A DNA stretch of 64,000 nt, taken from assembly GCA_963821225.1 (NCBI GenBank), contig CAWGCY010000004.1, positions 867,029 to 931,028 on the forward strand, given 5' to 3'. Source of the DNA: Thermoanaerobaculia bacterium. GTDB taxonomy: Bacteria; Acidobacteriota; Thermoanaerobaculia; UBA5066. Below, in pieces: positions 38,915 through 48,757 of the stretch. A program made the translations under genes and the position numbers. Within the stretch, counting starts at the first letter, position 1. Every line of letters starts with the position of its first letter. Under the pieces are notes generated by a model. That model searched no databases. It was given only the letters and a program-made list of their open reading frames with translations, and was not told the DNA's origin.

Positions 38915-38944
38915 TTGACCCTCCGCGAACGCGACTGCTAAGAT
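38915..38944 (+). promoter_or_regulatory. Sigma70-type promoter of the phoH-ybeY operon
   Basis: TTGACC (38915-20), 18-nt spacer ending in extended TGn, TAAGAT (38939-44). Confidence 0.65.
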
Positions 38945-38967
38945 GCCCTCCGGAGGCGCGCACTCAC

Positions 38968-40008
38968 ATCCGACCCGACTCCATACCGCTCACCCTTCCC
39001 GAGGCGGGGCTCGGCGCGCTCTTCGGTGTCCACGACGAAAACCTTCGGCTCCTCGAAGACGCCTTCGGTGTCGAGATCGCCGCGCGCGGGCGCGAGGTCT
39101 CCGTCTCGGGCGACCCGGAGAGCACGGCGCTCGCGGCCCGGCTTCTCTCGGAGTTCTCGAAGCTCATCGAGCGCGGGTACACGCCGAAAAAGCCCGACCT
39201 CGAGGCGGCGATCCGCATCCTGAAGGAAGAGCCCTCGACGTCGCTCGTCGATTTCTTCGAGAACCGCTCCGTCGGACCGGCTCTCCGGCAGGTCGTGTCG
39301 CCCCGGAACGTGCGCCAGCAGGAGTACCTGCAGGCCATCCTCGAGCACGACATCGTCTTCGCGATCGGGCCGGCGGGCACGGGCAAGACCTACCTCGCCG
39401 TCGCCATGGCCGCGGCGGCCCTGCTCGAGAAGAGCGTCAAGCGCATCGTGCTCTGCCGCCCCGCCGTCGAAGCAGGCGAGAAGCTCGGGTTCCTGCCGGG
39501 CGACCTCGCCGAGAAGGTGAACCCCTACCTCAGGCCCCTGCACGACGCGCTCTACGATATTCTCGGATACGACAAGGTCGGCCGCATGCTCGAGCGCAAC
39601 ATCATCGAGGTCGCGCCGCTCGCCTTCATGCGCGGCCGAACGCTCAACGACGCGTTCGTCATCCTCGACGAGGCCCAGAACACGACGTCCGAGCAGATGA
39701 AGATGTTCCTCACGCGCCTGGGGTTCGGAAGCAAGGCCGTCGTCACGGGCGACGTGACGCAGATCGACCTCCCGCAGGGGAAGATCTCGGGCCTCAAGGA
39801 GGCGGACCGCGTTCTCGCGAACGTCGACGGCGTGAAATTCGTGCGCTTCGACCAGCGCGACGTGGTGCGCCACCGTATCGTGCAGTCGGTCGTGAACGCT
39901 TACGAGATCTTCGAGAAACAGAAGGCCGACGATGCGGCAGCCGCGAACGGGAACGGTCACGGCAACGGGAACGGCTACGGCAGACCTCTCGCCCCGGCGC
40001 GCGAGTAG
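38968..40008 (+). CDS. phoH: PhoH-like ATPase (YbeZ); proposed ATC start
   Basis: [64 protein letters not shown]. Start inferred from GGAGG at 38952-56. Confidence 0.9.
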   Translation: MRPDSIPLTLPEAGLGALFGVHDENLRLLEDAFGVEIAARGREVSVSGDPESTALAARLLSEFSKLIERGYTPKKPDLEAAIRILKEEPSTSLVDFFENRSVGPALRQVVSPRNVRQQEYLQAILEHDIVFAIGPAGTGKTYLAVAMAAAALLEKSVKRIVLCRPAVEAGEKLGFLPGDLAEKVNPYLRPLHDALYDILGYDKVGRMLERNIIEVAPLAFMRGRTLNDAFVILDEAQNTTSEQMKMFLTRLGFGSKAVVTGDVTQIDLPQGKISGLKEADRVLANVDGVKFVRFDQRDVVRHRIVQSVVNAYEIFEKQKADDAAAANGNGHGNGNGYGRPLAPARE

Positions 40009-40058
40009 CGGCTCGGTTTTCCTCAGGAGATTTTTCTTTGAAGGGTAAGAGGGGAGAC

Positions 40059-40541
40059 GTGCGCGCCGGGACCGCCGGCGCGTCCGCGGCGTTCGAAGTG
40101 CTGATCGGCGTGAACGGCGCTCCGCCGCGCGCCCGGGTGGAAAGCTGGACCCGCAGTCTTCTTTTCGAAGCACGCGCGCAGCGCGCACGGCTTTCCATTC
40201 TTTTGTGCGGTGACAGGCGCATGCAAACGCTGAATCGCCGCTTCCGCCGCGTCGACCGTTCCACGGACGTTCTGTCGTTTCCGGCCTTCGAAGCGGTCTC
40301 CGCCCGCGCGGCCGCGCGGCGCGGAGAGTTTCTCGGCGACGTCGTCATCGACGTGCCGTGCGCGGCCCGGCAGGCCCGGCTCCGCGGGCACGCCTTGGGG
40401 CGTGAAGTGCAGATTCTGCTGGCGCATGGCCTTCTCCATCTTCTCGGCTACGATCACGAAAAGGACGGCGGCACGATGTTCCGGCTTCAGCGGCGGATCC
40501 TCCTTTCGGCCTTCGGCGAGGGACCGGACGGCGTGCCGTGA
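40059..40541 (+). CDS. ybeY: rRNA maturation endoribonuclease YbeY
   Basis: [33 protein letters not shown]. Confidence 0.93.
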   Translation: MRAGTAGASAAFEVLIGVNGAPPRARVESWTRSLLFEARAQRARLSILLCGDRRMQTLNRRFRRVDRSTDVLSFPAFEAVSARAAARRGEFLGDVVIDVPCAARQARLRGHALGREVQILLAHGLLHLLGYDHEKDGGTMFRLQRRILLSAFGEGPDGVP

Positions 40542-41836
40542 TCGGGTTCGCCGTGGGGGCCGGCGTCGCGCTCCTCTTCGCCGCCTTTTTCGCGGTGATC
40601 TACGTTCTCTTTTCGGGTTTCGCGCAGGCGCTCGAGAACCTCTCGGTTCTCCGTCGTAAGGCCCTTCTCGAGGCGAACCCGTCGCGTTTCGGGACGCTCC
40701 TTGCCTCCGAACACGTGCGCGTTTCGCGAATCGCCGTCCGGCTCACGGCGCAGGGCGCCGTCCTCGGAGGGCTCCTCTGCCTCGGATCGGCACTTGCCGC
40801 CCTCGGCGTCGGCGAGCCGTGGCTCCTCTCCGCGGTCGTCATCCTCCTCGGGTGGATCGTCGCGGAAAGCCTCGTCATCCGCTGGGTCGCCCGCCGCGGC
40901 GGAGACGCGCTCCTGCAGTCTTTCTCCTGGGTCATTCCGGCCGTGGACTTCCTCGCGGCGCCGCTCTACCCGGTGCTCTCGCGCCTCGTCGAGAAGGAAA
41001 CCGACGAGGCCGAGGCGCACGCCGTGCCGGCGCCGGAGAAGGAGGAGGCGACGAAGGATGCCGAGGTGCGTGCGCTCCTGGACGTCGCGCGGGAGGAGGG
41101 GCTTCTCGAGAAGCACGAGGAGGAGCTCGTCACCCGCGCCGTGGACTTCGGAGATCGCACCATAGGCGAGGTCATGACGTCGCGGCCCGACATCGTGTTC
41201 GCCGAGGCGGACGCGCCGCTGAGCGAGGTGGCGGATCTCTTCGTGAAGACGAAGTTCACGCGCCTGCCGCTCGTCGAAGGCTCGATCGACAAACCCGTCG
41301 GCGTCGTCCACGTCAAGGACGTCTTCACGGTGCTGCGCGGACCGGACCCGCCGGCGACGGCACGCCCCATCGCCCGCCAGGTCTTCTTCGCGCCCGAGAC
41401 GCAGACGGTCGCGACGCTTCTGTCCGACTTTCGCCGCCGGCGCCAGCCGCTCGCCGTCGTCGTCGACGAGTACGGGGCCGTCACGGGTCTCGTGACGCTC
41501 GAGGACCTCGTCGAGGAGCTCGTCGGAGAGATCGCGGACGAGCACGAGGACGAGCAGCCTCCGGTCGTCGCGCAGGAGGACGGCTCGTACTCGGTGGCGG
41601 GACGCGTGAGGGTGCCGGAGATCGCAAGTCTCTTCGGCGTGACGTTTCCTTCCGACGAATACGAGACCGTGGCCGGCCTCGTCTCCGAGCGCCTCGGGCG
41701 CATTCCAAAGGCGGGCGAGACCGCGCACGAGGCCGGCCTCGTCTTTCTCGTCGAGGAGGCCGACCGCCGGCGGATCCACCGCGTGCGCGTGAGTTACGAA
41801 GACCCCGCGAAGCAGGGAAGGAAACCGGAGCCGTGA
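40538..41836 (+). CDS. CNNM/CBS/CorC 'hemolysin family' protein
   Basis: N-terminal TM region, [20 protein letters not shown]...[24 protein letters not shown]. Confidence 0.9.
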   Translation: MIGFAVGAGVALLFAAFFAVIYVLFSGFAQALENLSVLRRKALLEANPSRFGTLLASEHVRVSRIAVRLTAQGAVLGGLLCLGSALAALGVGEPWLLSAVVILLGWIVAESLVIRWVARRGGDALLQSFSWVIPAVDFLAAPLYPVLSRLVEKETDEAEAHAVPAPEKEEATKDAEVRALLDVAREEGLLEKHEEELVTRAVDFGDRTIGEVMTSRPDIVFAEADAPLSEVADLFVKTKFTRLPLVEGSIDKPVGVVHVKDVFTVLRGPDPPATARPIARQVFFAPETQTVATLLSDFRRRRQPLAVVVDEYGAVTGLVTLEDLVEELVGEIADEHEDEQPPVVAQEDGSYSVAGRVRVPEIASLFGVTFPSDEYETVAGLVSERLGRIPKAGETAHEAGLVFLVEEADRRRIHRVRVSYEDPAKQGRKPEP

Positions 41837-42723
41837 ACGCGGCCCGGCGGTCCGGCACGGTCGCCGTCGTCGGACGTCCGAACGCCGGAAAGTCCACGCT
41901 CCTGAACGCGCTCGTCGGGACCAAGGTCGCGATCGTCTCGGACAAGCCGCAGACGACGCGGCGGCGACTCCTCGGAGTGCGGACGGACCCGGAAGGCCAG
42001 ATCGTGTTCGTCGACACGCCGGGTCTCCACAAGCCGCTCCACCGTCTGAACAAGGTCATGATGGGCGAGGCCCTCGAAGCACTCCGTGAGGAAGATGTCC
42101 GCCTGCTCGTGGTGGACGTGTCCGTGCCGTCCGGAGGCGGAGACCGCTTCGCGCTGGACCTCCTCGCACGAGCGCCGGCGCCGCGGATTGCCGTCCTGAA
42201 CAAGATCGACCGCGTTTCGAAGGCCTCTCTTCTCCCGCGGATGGCGGCGCTTGGCGAGGCCGGGATCTTCGAGGAGATCGTCCCCGTCTCCGCGCTCACC
42301 GGCGAGGGGCTCCCCGCGCTCGTCCTTGCCCTGAGGCGCCACCTTCCCGAGGGCGAGGACATGTTCCCGGGCTCGACGTTCACGACCGCGGATCCCAGAA
42401 CGCGCGCCGCCGAGATCATCCGCGAGAAGTTCCTCGAGAGAACGCGGGAGGAGATTCCCTACGGCCTCGGGATCCTCGTGGAGGAGTGGAGACGCGACGA
42501 GGCGAAGAACCTGACGGTCGTCAAGGCGACGGTCGTCGTGGACCGCGACGGCCACAAAGGCATCGTCCTCGGCGCGGGCGGACGCCTCCTGCGCGAAGCG
42601 GGCACCGCGGCCCGCCTCGAACTCGAAGGCGCGCTCGGCGGGCGGTTCTTCCTCGACCTCGTCGTGGCGGCCCGGCCGGGCTGGCGAGAGGACCCGCGCT
42701 TTCTCGAGGCGCTGACGAGCTAG
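41833..42723 (+). CDS. era: GTPase Era
   Basis: GRPNAGKSTLLN, KPQTTR, DTPG, NKID, EIIREK, EEIPY, KGIVLG (KH domain). Confidence 0.95.
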   Translation: MNAARRSGTVAVVGRPNAGKSTLLNALVGTKVAIVSDKPQTTRRRLLGVRTDPEGQIVFVDTPGLHKPLHRLNKVMMGEALEALREEDVRLLVVDVSVPSGGGDRFALDLLARAPAPRIAVLNKIDRVSKASLLPRMAALGEAGIFEEIVPVSALTGEGLPALVLALRRHLPEGEDMFPGSTFTTADPRTRAAEIIREKFLERTREEIPYGLGILVEEWRRDEAKNLTVVKATVVVDRDGHKGIVLGAGGRLLREAGTAARLELEGALGGRFFLDLVVAARPGWREDPRFLEALTS

Positions 42724-42766
42724 CGCGCCGCGGGCTCCGCCCGCGACCGGAGAGGGGCGCGCTAGC
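42719..42766. repeat. 11-bp inverted repeat enclosing a small hairpin
   Basis: GCTAGCGCGCC ... GGCGCGCTAGC, with an inner GCGGG-CTCCG-CCCGC. Confidence 0.6.
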
Positions 42767-42777
42767 ATCGGTCATGT

Positions 42778-42808
42778 TGCAGGGAAACCCCGCCCGGGTT
42801 TCCCTGCA
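42778..42808. repeat. Perfect 13-bp inverted repeat (REP-like or terminator)
   Basis: TGCAGGGAAACCC-CGCCC-GGGTTTCCCTGCA. Confidence 0.75.
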
Positions 42809-42868
42809 CCCTTCCTCGCGTCAGAATCCCCAGTCCCGTAAACTGACCGGTCCGGAGCTCATGGCGAC

Positions 42869-43240
42869 GTGGTAACAGAAAAAAGGCGTTCGCCCCGCAC
42901 TTCTCTCGCGAAGGGGACGCGCGGGCACCTCAAGTCGACTCTCGCGATCGAGATCCTGAATCTCTCCGAGATGGGCCTTCTTCTCGAGCTCGCCTCGACG
43001 TTGCGCCCGGGTTCGACCTACGACCTCAGCGCGGTCTTCGGCGGCGTTCCGTTCTCGGGCCTCGTGCGGATCACCCGCTGTCGCGCCGGCGGATTCGCCT
43101 CCGACGACGAGGGCGGACGCCATCTGCTGTACCGGGCCGGCGGGGAGTTCGTCGGGCTCTCCGAGAAGCAGCTCGAGGGGCTGCGCCTCGCGCTCTCGAA
43201 AAGGTCCGCGTCCGGCGCGTCGCTGAAGCGGTTGTCCTGA
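42869..43240 (+). CDS. PilZ domain protein
   Basis: EKRRSPR (RxxxR) and NLSEMG ([D/N]xSxxG); C-terminal GGEFVGL. Confidence 0.8.
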   Translation: MVTEKRRSPRTSLAKGTRGHLKSTLAIEILNLSEMGLLLELASTLRPGSTYDLSAVFGGVPFSGLVRITRCRAGGFASDDEGGRHLLYRAGGEFVGLSEKQLEGLRLALSKRSASGASLKRLS

Positions 43241-43246
43241 GGCTCG

Positions 43247-44632
43247 TCAGCTCGCGAGGCCGCGCAGGGCCTGCCGCAAGGCGTCCTCCAGGCGGCGGGC
43301 GCGCTCGGCGGCTTCGAACGCCGCGCTCTCGGCGCTCGAGGCGGCCCTTCGGGCGGCGGCGAGCTCCTCGCGCAGGCGGGCGATCTCGGCGCTCATCTCC
43401 GTGCGGAGCCCGGCGATCAGGTCCTCGAGGCGGCGCTCGGTGAGGTCGGGCGCGGGGATCTCCTGGGTGCTCCCTTCCTGGGTCTCGAGACGGCGGTAGG
43501 CTCCGGACACGCGCCCGGCGGACTTACGCGCTTCCGCGAGCATGGCATTGAGCTTTTCGTCCACCGTGGACGCCTTCCCGAACGCGGACATGCCGGGCGA
43601 AGACGCGGGCGAAGGCGAGGGCGGAGCGAGATCCGGTGGGGGGGGCGCGGGCGCCGAGGGAGGCGCGGTCGCGAGAGCCGCCAAAAGTACTGCGGGCGCG
43701 AGAGTCGCCGGCTCCGGCTCGTCAGGCGGGGTGGGCGCTTGCGCCTCGGCGGTCGGCGGAGACTCCACCGCGGGAGCGGTCGACGAACCTGTCGAGTCGT
43801 CCGTGAGCTCGGGAAACTGCCCTTCCGCGGACGGGACGACCCAGACTTCGCCTCCCTCGTCCGGCGGCTCCTCGCGGCTCTCGGACTCGCTCGCGCTCGA
43901 ACCTGTGGCGAGAACGGGCTCCTCCACGGCGATCGTCGGCGCCGGCGCCGGGATCTCGGGAGGCGGAGCGGGCGGCGTCGCGGCGACGGCGGCGGCAGGA
44001 GCCTCCGCGAGATCCGCGGCGGGCGCGGCCGGCGGCTGCCAGCCCCGCTGCAGGCGGCGGAGGAGATCGACGAACGTGAGCTTGGAGACGAGCTTGAACG
44101 TCTCGATCACGCCGGTGCCCTCGGAGGCCACCGTCTCCACGAACGGATACGAGTGGAAGCCGAGCGAATCCTGCAGTGCCTCGACCGAGAGCGCGCTCGG
44201 CAGGTCGCGCTTGTTGTACTGGACCACGACCGGCAGCGTTTCGAGGAGGATCTTCTCCTCGTGGAGATTCTCCTTGAGGTTCTGAAAGCACTCGAGGTTG
44301 TGGGACAGCATCGACCACTGCGAGTCGACGACGAAGACGAGGCCGTCCACGCCGCGCAGGACGATCTTGCGCGTCTCGTTGTAGAAGACCTGTCCGGGAA
44401 CGGTGCACACCTGGAAGCGCACCGTGTAGCCCTTGATGTTCCCGAGCTCGATCGGGAGAAGGTCGAAGTAGATCGTGCGGTCCTGCGCCGTGGAAAGCGA
44501 CAGCAGCTTGCCCGCGCCGCGCTCGAGCCGCTGATGGAGCATTTTGAGATTGCTGGTTTTTCCGCACAGCCCGGGACCGTAGTAGACGATCTTGGCCGTC
44601 AACTCCTTCGTTGCATGGTTGAACAGCGCCAT
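43247..44632 (-). CDS. MglA-like small GTPase with long Pro/Ala/Glu-rich linker and C-terminal coiled coil
   Basis: KIVYYGPGLCGKTSNL, DRTIYFDLLP, TVPGQVFYNETRKIVLRGVDG, QYNKRDL. Confidence 0.88.
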   Translation of the reverse strand: MALFNHATKELTAKIVYYGPGLCGKTSNLKMLHQRLERGAGKLLSLSTAQDRTIYFDLLPIELGNIKGYTVRFQVCTVPGQVFYNETRKIVLRGVDGLVFVVDSQWSMLSHNLECFQNLKENLHEEKILLETLPVVVQYNKRDLPSALSVEALQDSLGFHSYPFVETVASEGTGVIETFKLVSKLTFVDLLRRLQRGWQPPAAPAADLAEAPAAAVAATPPAPPPEIPAPAPTIAVEEPVLATGSSASESESREEPPDEGGEVWVVPSAEGQFPELTDDSTGSSTAPAVESPPTAEAQAPTPPDEPEPATLAPAVLLAALATAPPSAPAPPPPDLAPPSPSPASSPGMSAFGKASTVDEKLNAMLAEARKSAGRVSGAYRRLETQEGSTQEIPAPDLTERRLEDLIAGLRTEMSAEIARLREELAAARRAASSAESAAFEAAERARRLEDALRQALRGLAS

Positions 44633-44695
44633 GGCCCCCCCTCCGTGCTTTCCCGGGGAAGAAGGAAGTATAGGACGACAGCGTATCCTGCGCCC

Positions 44696-45547
44696 GTGAG
44701 TCCCGAGGCTCGGGAGCGGCGGATCGAGGCCACGTGGGCGGGTCTGCCCGTCCGGGGCGTCTCGGTGGCGGGGCGCGAGACGTGGTTTCACCTGCCCACG
44801 CTGCATCTTGCGTTCGACCTCGGGCGCGCACCCACCGCGCTCGTCTCCGTGCCGAGCGTCTTCCTCTCGCATGCGCACCTCGACCACTGCGCCGGCCTCG
44901 CGTACTGGTGCTCCCAGCGAAGGCTTCTACGCCTGCCCGGAGGCACAGCCCGGACGCATCCGGCCGCGGTCCCCGCGTGGACGAAGCTCCTGGCGCTTCA
45001 CGAGGCCCTGGAAGCCGTGCGGTACGACGCGCGTGTCGAAGCCATGGAGAGCGGCGCGCGCGTGAGCCTCCGGCGCGATCTCGAAGTCGAGGCCTTCGAG
45101 ACGGACCACCGCGTCCCGACGCTCGGCTTCGTCGCATCCGAGATCCGCAACCGCCTGCGGGAGGATCTTGCGGGCCATCCCCCGGAAGAGATCCGTGACG
45201 CCGCTGCGCGCGGCGAGGCCGTGGCGGGGAAGGTCGCGATTCCGCTCGTCGCCTACTCGGGCGACACGGGCGCCGGAATCTTCGCGCGCGCGCCGCGGTC
45301 GTTCTTCAGCGCGAAGGTGCTCCTCCTCGAGTGCTCCTTCGTGGAGGAGAGCGACCGCGACCGCTCGGAGAAGTGGAAGCACCTCCACCTCGACGAGATC
45401 GCGGAGCGGGCGGACCTCTTCGAGAACGAGGTCATCGTCTTCACGCACCTGACGCTGCGCACGAACCCCGGCGATATCCGAAGGGCGATCGCCCGCCGTC
45501 TCCCGCCGCGCCTTGCGGCGCGAGCCGTGCCGTTCCTGCCGGAGTAG
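44696..45547 (+). CDS. MBL-fold metallo-hydrolase, RNase Z-like
   Basis: SHAHLDH, DHRVPTLGF, AYSGDT, LLECSF, HL, FTH. Confidence 0.8.
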   Translation: MSPEARERRIEATWAGLPVRGVSVAGRETWFHLPTLHLAFDLGRAPTALVSVPSVFLSHAHLDHCAGLAYWCSQRRLLRLPGGTARTHPAAVPAWTKLLALHEALEAVRYDARVEAMESGARVSLRRDLEVEAFETDHRVPTLGFVASEIRNRLREDLAGHPPEEIRDAAARGEAVAGKVAIPLVAYSGDTGAGIFARAPRSFFSAKVLLLECSFVEESDRDRSEKWKHLHLDEIAERADLFENEVIVFTHLTLRTNPGDIRRAIARRLPPRLAARAVPFLPE

Positions 45548-45563
45548 GAAAAACGCGGAGGAT

Positions 45564-46058
45564 TCAGCCCGCGGCGGCTCCCGCGATCACGCCTTTCTTC
45601 GCCGTCCACTCCCCGAGGGCTTGCCGCCACTCCCAAGCGTGGCCGGGGGACAGCACGAACTCCACGACCTCGCCACTCGTCGCGGTGACGCGAAGAACTT
45701 TGCTTCGGAAGAACCCTCTCTGCGCCTGTGTCCGGTCGTCGGTTTCGATTCGTTGTATTTCTTCGAATGAGTAAGAGCCCGAGCGGCCCCACAGCGCTTC
45801 CCATAGGAGACCGGCCGGAGTCAGGGCGACGGTGCCGGGGACGAGTGCGCCTCTGGCGCCGCCAGGAGATTCGGAATTTCTTAGAAGGGAAAGGGGGCCG
45901 GAGGCCAGGAGGCACGGCGTTCCGATTCGCACGACCCCTCCCAACCCATCCAGGAAAATTCGTCCTTTCCGCCTGGCAACGATCCTTGTCGTGAGAACGA
46001 ACGCACCGGTCGCCAGCAAGAAAAACCCTGCGGCCCCCGCCATCCAGACGAGCGTCAC
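45564..46058 (-). CDS. Hypothetical membrane-anchored protein
   Basis: GTG overlaps the VWA gene stop; N-terminal TM (WMAGAAGFFLLATGAFVL). Confidence 0.55.
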   Translation of the reverse strand: MTLVWMAGAAGFFLLATGAFVLTTRIVARRKGRIFLDGLGGVVRIGTPCLLASGPLSLLRNSESPGGARGALVPGTVALTPAGLLWEALWGRSGSYSFEEIQRIETDDRTQAQRGFFRSKVLRVTATSGEVVEFVLSPGHAWEWRQALGEWTAKKGVIAGAAAG

Positions 46059-47143
46059 TTGAAGAGCTTCTTCCTGTTCCGGATGTAGTCCCGGAACACG
46101 AACGACGCGAGATCGGTGGGCGACGCGTAATATGCGCGGCCCCGCGCGACTTTCGTGAGAGTGTCGACGAAATCCACGAGAGCCGGGTCCGTCGCGATCA
46201 TGAACGTCGTGAGCTGGATGTCGTCTCGCCGCAGCTTCTCGGCCTCCTCGAGCGTGCGGTTCACGATCTTCAGGTCGAGGCCGAACGGATTCTTGTAGAG
46301 GCGCCCGCCCTCGTGGATGCACGAGGGCTTACCGTCGGTGATCATGAAGATCTGGCGGTTGCGCGAGCGGCGCCGCATGAGGAGCTGCCGCGAGACCCCG
46401 AGTCCGGCCTTCGTGTTCGTGTGGAACGGCCCGACCTGCGCCTTGCTCAGCTCCTCGAGGGGGACGGGCCTCGCCTCGTCGCCGAAGAGCACGATGTCGA
46501 TCGTGTCCTTCGGGTATTTCTGGAGGATCAGCTCCGTCAGCGCGAGCGCGACCTTCTTCGCGGGCGTGAAGCGGTCCTCGCCGTAGAGGATCATCGAGTG
46601 CGAGACGTCGATCGCGATCGCGGTCGCGCAGGCGCTTTGGTGCTCGACGTCGAAGACCTCGAAGTCGTCCGGCCGGAGCGCGAGGTCGTCGGGGTCGCGT
46701 CGCGCGGCGTTCGCCACCGTGCGGATGCCGTCGAGGCGCGCCACGTCGTCGCCGAACTCGTACGGGCGCGTCTCGGGGAGCGGCTCCGAGCCCGTGCCCG
46801 CGCGCGGGATCGAGTGGAGGCCCGGCCCCGCCTTCTGAAGCGAGGTGAAGATCTCTTCGAGTGCGTTGCGGCGGATGCGGCGCTCCCCGGAGCCGAGGAG
46901 CATGAGATTTCCCTCGCTGTCGCGCCCGACGATTCCCTGTTTCTCGAGCGCGGCGCGAAACGCCTCGAGGTCGACGTTCGGACCGATGAGCCCGCGGCGC
47001 TGCAGCTCCTTCATCCACTGCATCGCCTGCTCGACGTCGCCCCCGAGGCGCGAGACGAGGTCGAGGAAGAGCTTCAGAAGCTCTTCGTACGTCAGGAGCG
47101 ACTGGAGGAGATCGAGCGGCAGCTCGCCGTACCGATAGTCCAC
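46055..47143 (-). CDS. VWA domain-containing protein
   Basis: MIDAS DVSHSM, TNTKAGL, ITDGKPS; RPYEFGD. Confidence 0.85.
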   Translation of the reverse strand: MDYRYGELPLDLLQSLLTYEELLKLFLDLVSRLGGDVEQAMQWMKELQRRGLIGPNVDLEAFRAALEKQGIVGRDSEGNLMLLGSGERRIRRNALEEIFTSLQKAGPGLHSIPRAGTGSEPLPETRPYEFGDDVARLDGIRTVANAARRDPDDLALRPDDFEVFDVEHQSACATAIAIDVSHSMILYGEDRFTPAKKVALALTELILQKYPKDTIDIVLFGDEARPVPLEELSKAQVGPFHTNTKAGLGVSRQLLMRRRSRNRQIFMITDGKPSCIHEGGRLYKNPFGLDLKIVNRTLEEAEKLRRDDIQLTTFMIATDPALVDFVDTLTKVARGRAYYASPTDLASFVFRDYIRNRKKLFK

Positions 47144-47221
47144 GCGCTCATGCTACGGCAGATCGGCGGGAAGGGACGTCGAGAAACCGGGGCCCTTACG
47201 CGAATGCTATCTTCGAGGCGG

Positions 47222-48757
47222 ATGGCGAAGGTGTCCGACGTCCTCTCCCGCATGCGCAGCGACTGGGACCGGCGCGCCTCGGAGGATCACAAGCTCCACA
47301 TCGCGACCGGGCACGCGGGCAGCGAAGAGGCGTTTCGCGCCTCGGGCGAGCAGGACCTCGAGGGGATCGTCCTCGACGGCATCGTGCTCGAGCGGTCGGC
47401 CGAGGTCCTCGAGATCGGGTGCGGCGTCGGGCGGCTTCTCGTTCCGCTCGCCGGGCGTGTGGCGGTCGTGCACGGCGTGGATATCTCGCCGGTCATGATC
47501 GAGAAGTCGAAGACCTACGCGGCGGGCTCGCCGAACGTGAGAACCGAGCTCACGGACGGCGCCTTCGCGTTCCTCCCGAATGCCTGCCTCGATTTCGTCT
47601 TCTCCTTCATCGTTTTCCAGCACATTCCGGATCGCGCGCCGATCCGCCGCTACGTGGAGGAGGCCGCGCGCGTCCTGAAACCGGGAGGAGTGTTTCGTTT
47701 TCAGGTGGACGGGCGGTGGTGGTGGAAACACTCGAAGGACGGGCCCGACACGTACCAGGGCGTCAAGTTTTCGCCGAAGGACGTGCGCGCGCTCCTCGCG
47801 AGCACACCCTTCTTGGTCGTGGACGAATGGGGAGCCGAAGGCCACTACCACTGGGTCACGGCGCGCAAAGCGGGAGACGGTGCGGCCGTGTCCGTCCGGC
47901 CCCGGGGGTGGGACGTGCCTCTTCTCGCATCCCTCCTTCGGCGCCTCAGGTCGAAGAGTCCGGAGGAAGACGCCGCGAAGATCCGGGACGGGGCCGAATC
48001 TTTGCGACCCTATCTTCTCGGTCTCGTGCAGAGGCTCTCCGCGACAGACCCGGCCAAGTTCGTCATCGAGGCGTCTCGCGCCCTCCTCGGAACCGATCTC
48101 GACGACGCGGGACGCGCGTTTCACACCTCCATCCTGGAGAAGCGACTCGAGGATCGCGCCGCGCTCCTCGACACCCTCACGACCTCCCGCGGCTTCCTGG
48201 ATCTCTATCGCCCGTTCGTGCCCGAGATCCCCTGGTTCGCGGCGTGCGAGATCTTCATGCGCCTCGGAGAAGCACCGCGGACGGGGAGCTTCTTCGAGTT
48301 GGTGGCGGCCGCGGCGCCCCCGCTCGAGGGACGTCTTCCGCCGGACGCGGTCGCCCTCGGGTTCAGAACCATCCTGGGTTTCGAGGCCGACGTGGGGGCG
48401 CTCCGCCATCATCTGGCGCTCGTCGAGGGCCATCCCGACGGTACCCGGCTCTTCGTCCGGGAGCTGCTCTCGAGCTTGAAGTTCCCGGCTCCGCCGCCCG
48501 CGACGGTCCCGGGCGCCGCGCTTCTCCCGGGGGAATCGGCGCCGGGCGAGGCCGCGCGCGCCAAAGAGATCCTCGCCGAGGGGCAGCGGAGCGAAGACCG
48601 CGCCTTCGTCCATCTCGCGTACGAGCGGGTCTTCGGACGGGCGGCGGACGCGAATGGAGAGACGTTCTACCTTGACAAGCTCTCGCGGGGCGAGCTGTCC
48701 CGTCCGGCTTTCCTTCGCGAGCTTCTTTGGAGCGAGGAAAGCCGCGCGCGACTCTAG
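47222..48757 (+). CDS. Class I SAM methyltransferase with three DUF4214-like repeats
   Basis: VLEIGCGVGR, GVDIS, DFVFSFIVFQHI, RVLKPGG. The last repeat reads 'FVHLAYERVFGRAADANGETFYLDKLSRGELSR...SEE'; two degenerate copies precede it. Confidence 0.8.
   Translation: MAKVSDVLSRMRSDWDRRASEDHKLHIATGHAGSEEAFRASGEQDLEGIVLDGIVLERSAEVLEIGCGVGRLLVPLAGRVAVVHGVDISPVMIEKSKTYAAGSPNVRTELTDGAFAFLPNACLDFVFSFIVFQHIPDRAPIRRYVEEAARVLKPGGVFRFQVDGRWWWKHSKDGPDTYQGVKFSPKDVRALLASTPFLVVDEWGAEGHYHWVTARKAGDGAAVSVRPRGWDVPLLASLLRRLRSKSPEEDAAKIRDGAESLRPYLLGLVQRLSATDPAKFVIEASRALLGTDLDDAGRAFHTSILEKRLEDRAALLDTLTTSRGFLDLYRPFVPEIPWFAACEIFMRLGEAPRTGSFFELVAAAAPPLEGRLPPDAVALGFRTILGFEADVGALRHHLALVEGHPDGTRLFVRELLSSLKFPAPPPATVPGAALLPGESAPGEAARAKEILAEGQRSEDRAFVHLAYERVFGRAADANGETFYLDKLSRGELSRPAFLRELLWSEESRARL

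Noticed and set aside
38818-38967. ORF-track N-terminal extension of phoH
   Set aside because: It overlaps the divergent gene start and spans the predicted promoter.
39943-39981. GGNAAC-type repeats at the phoH 3' end
   Set aside because: Encode a low-complexity [10 protein letters not shown] tail.
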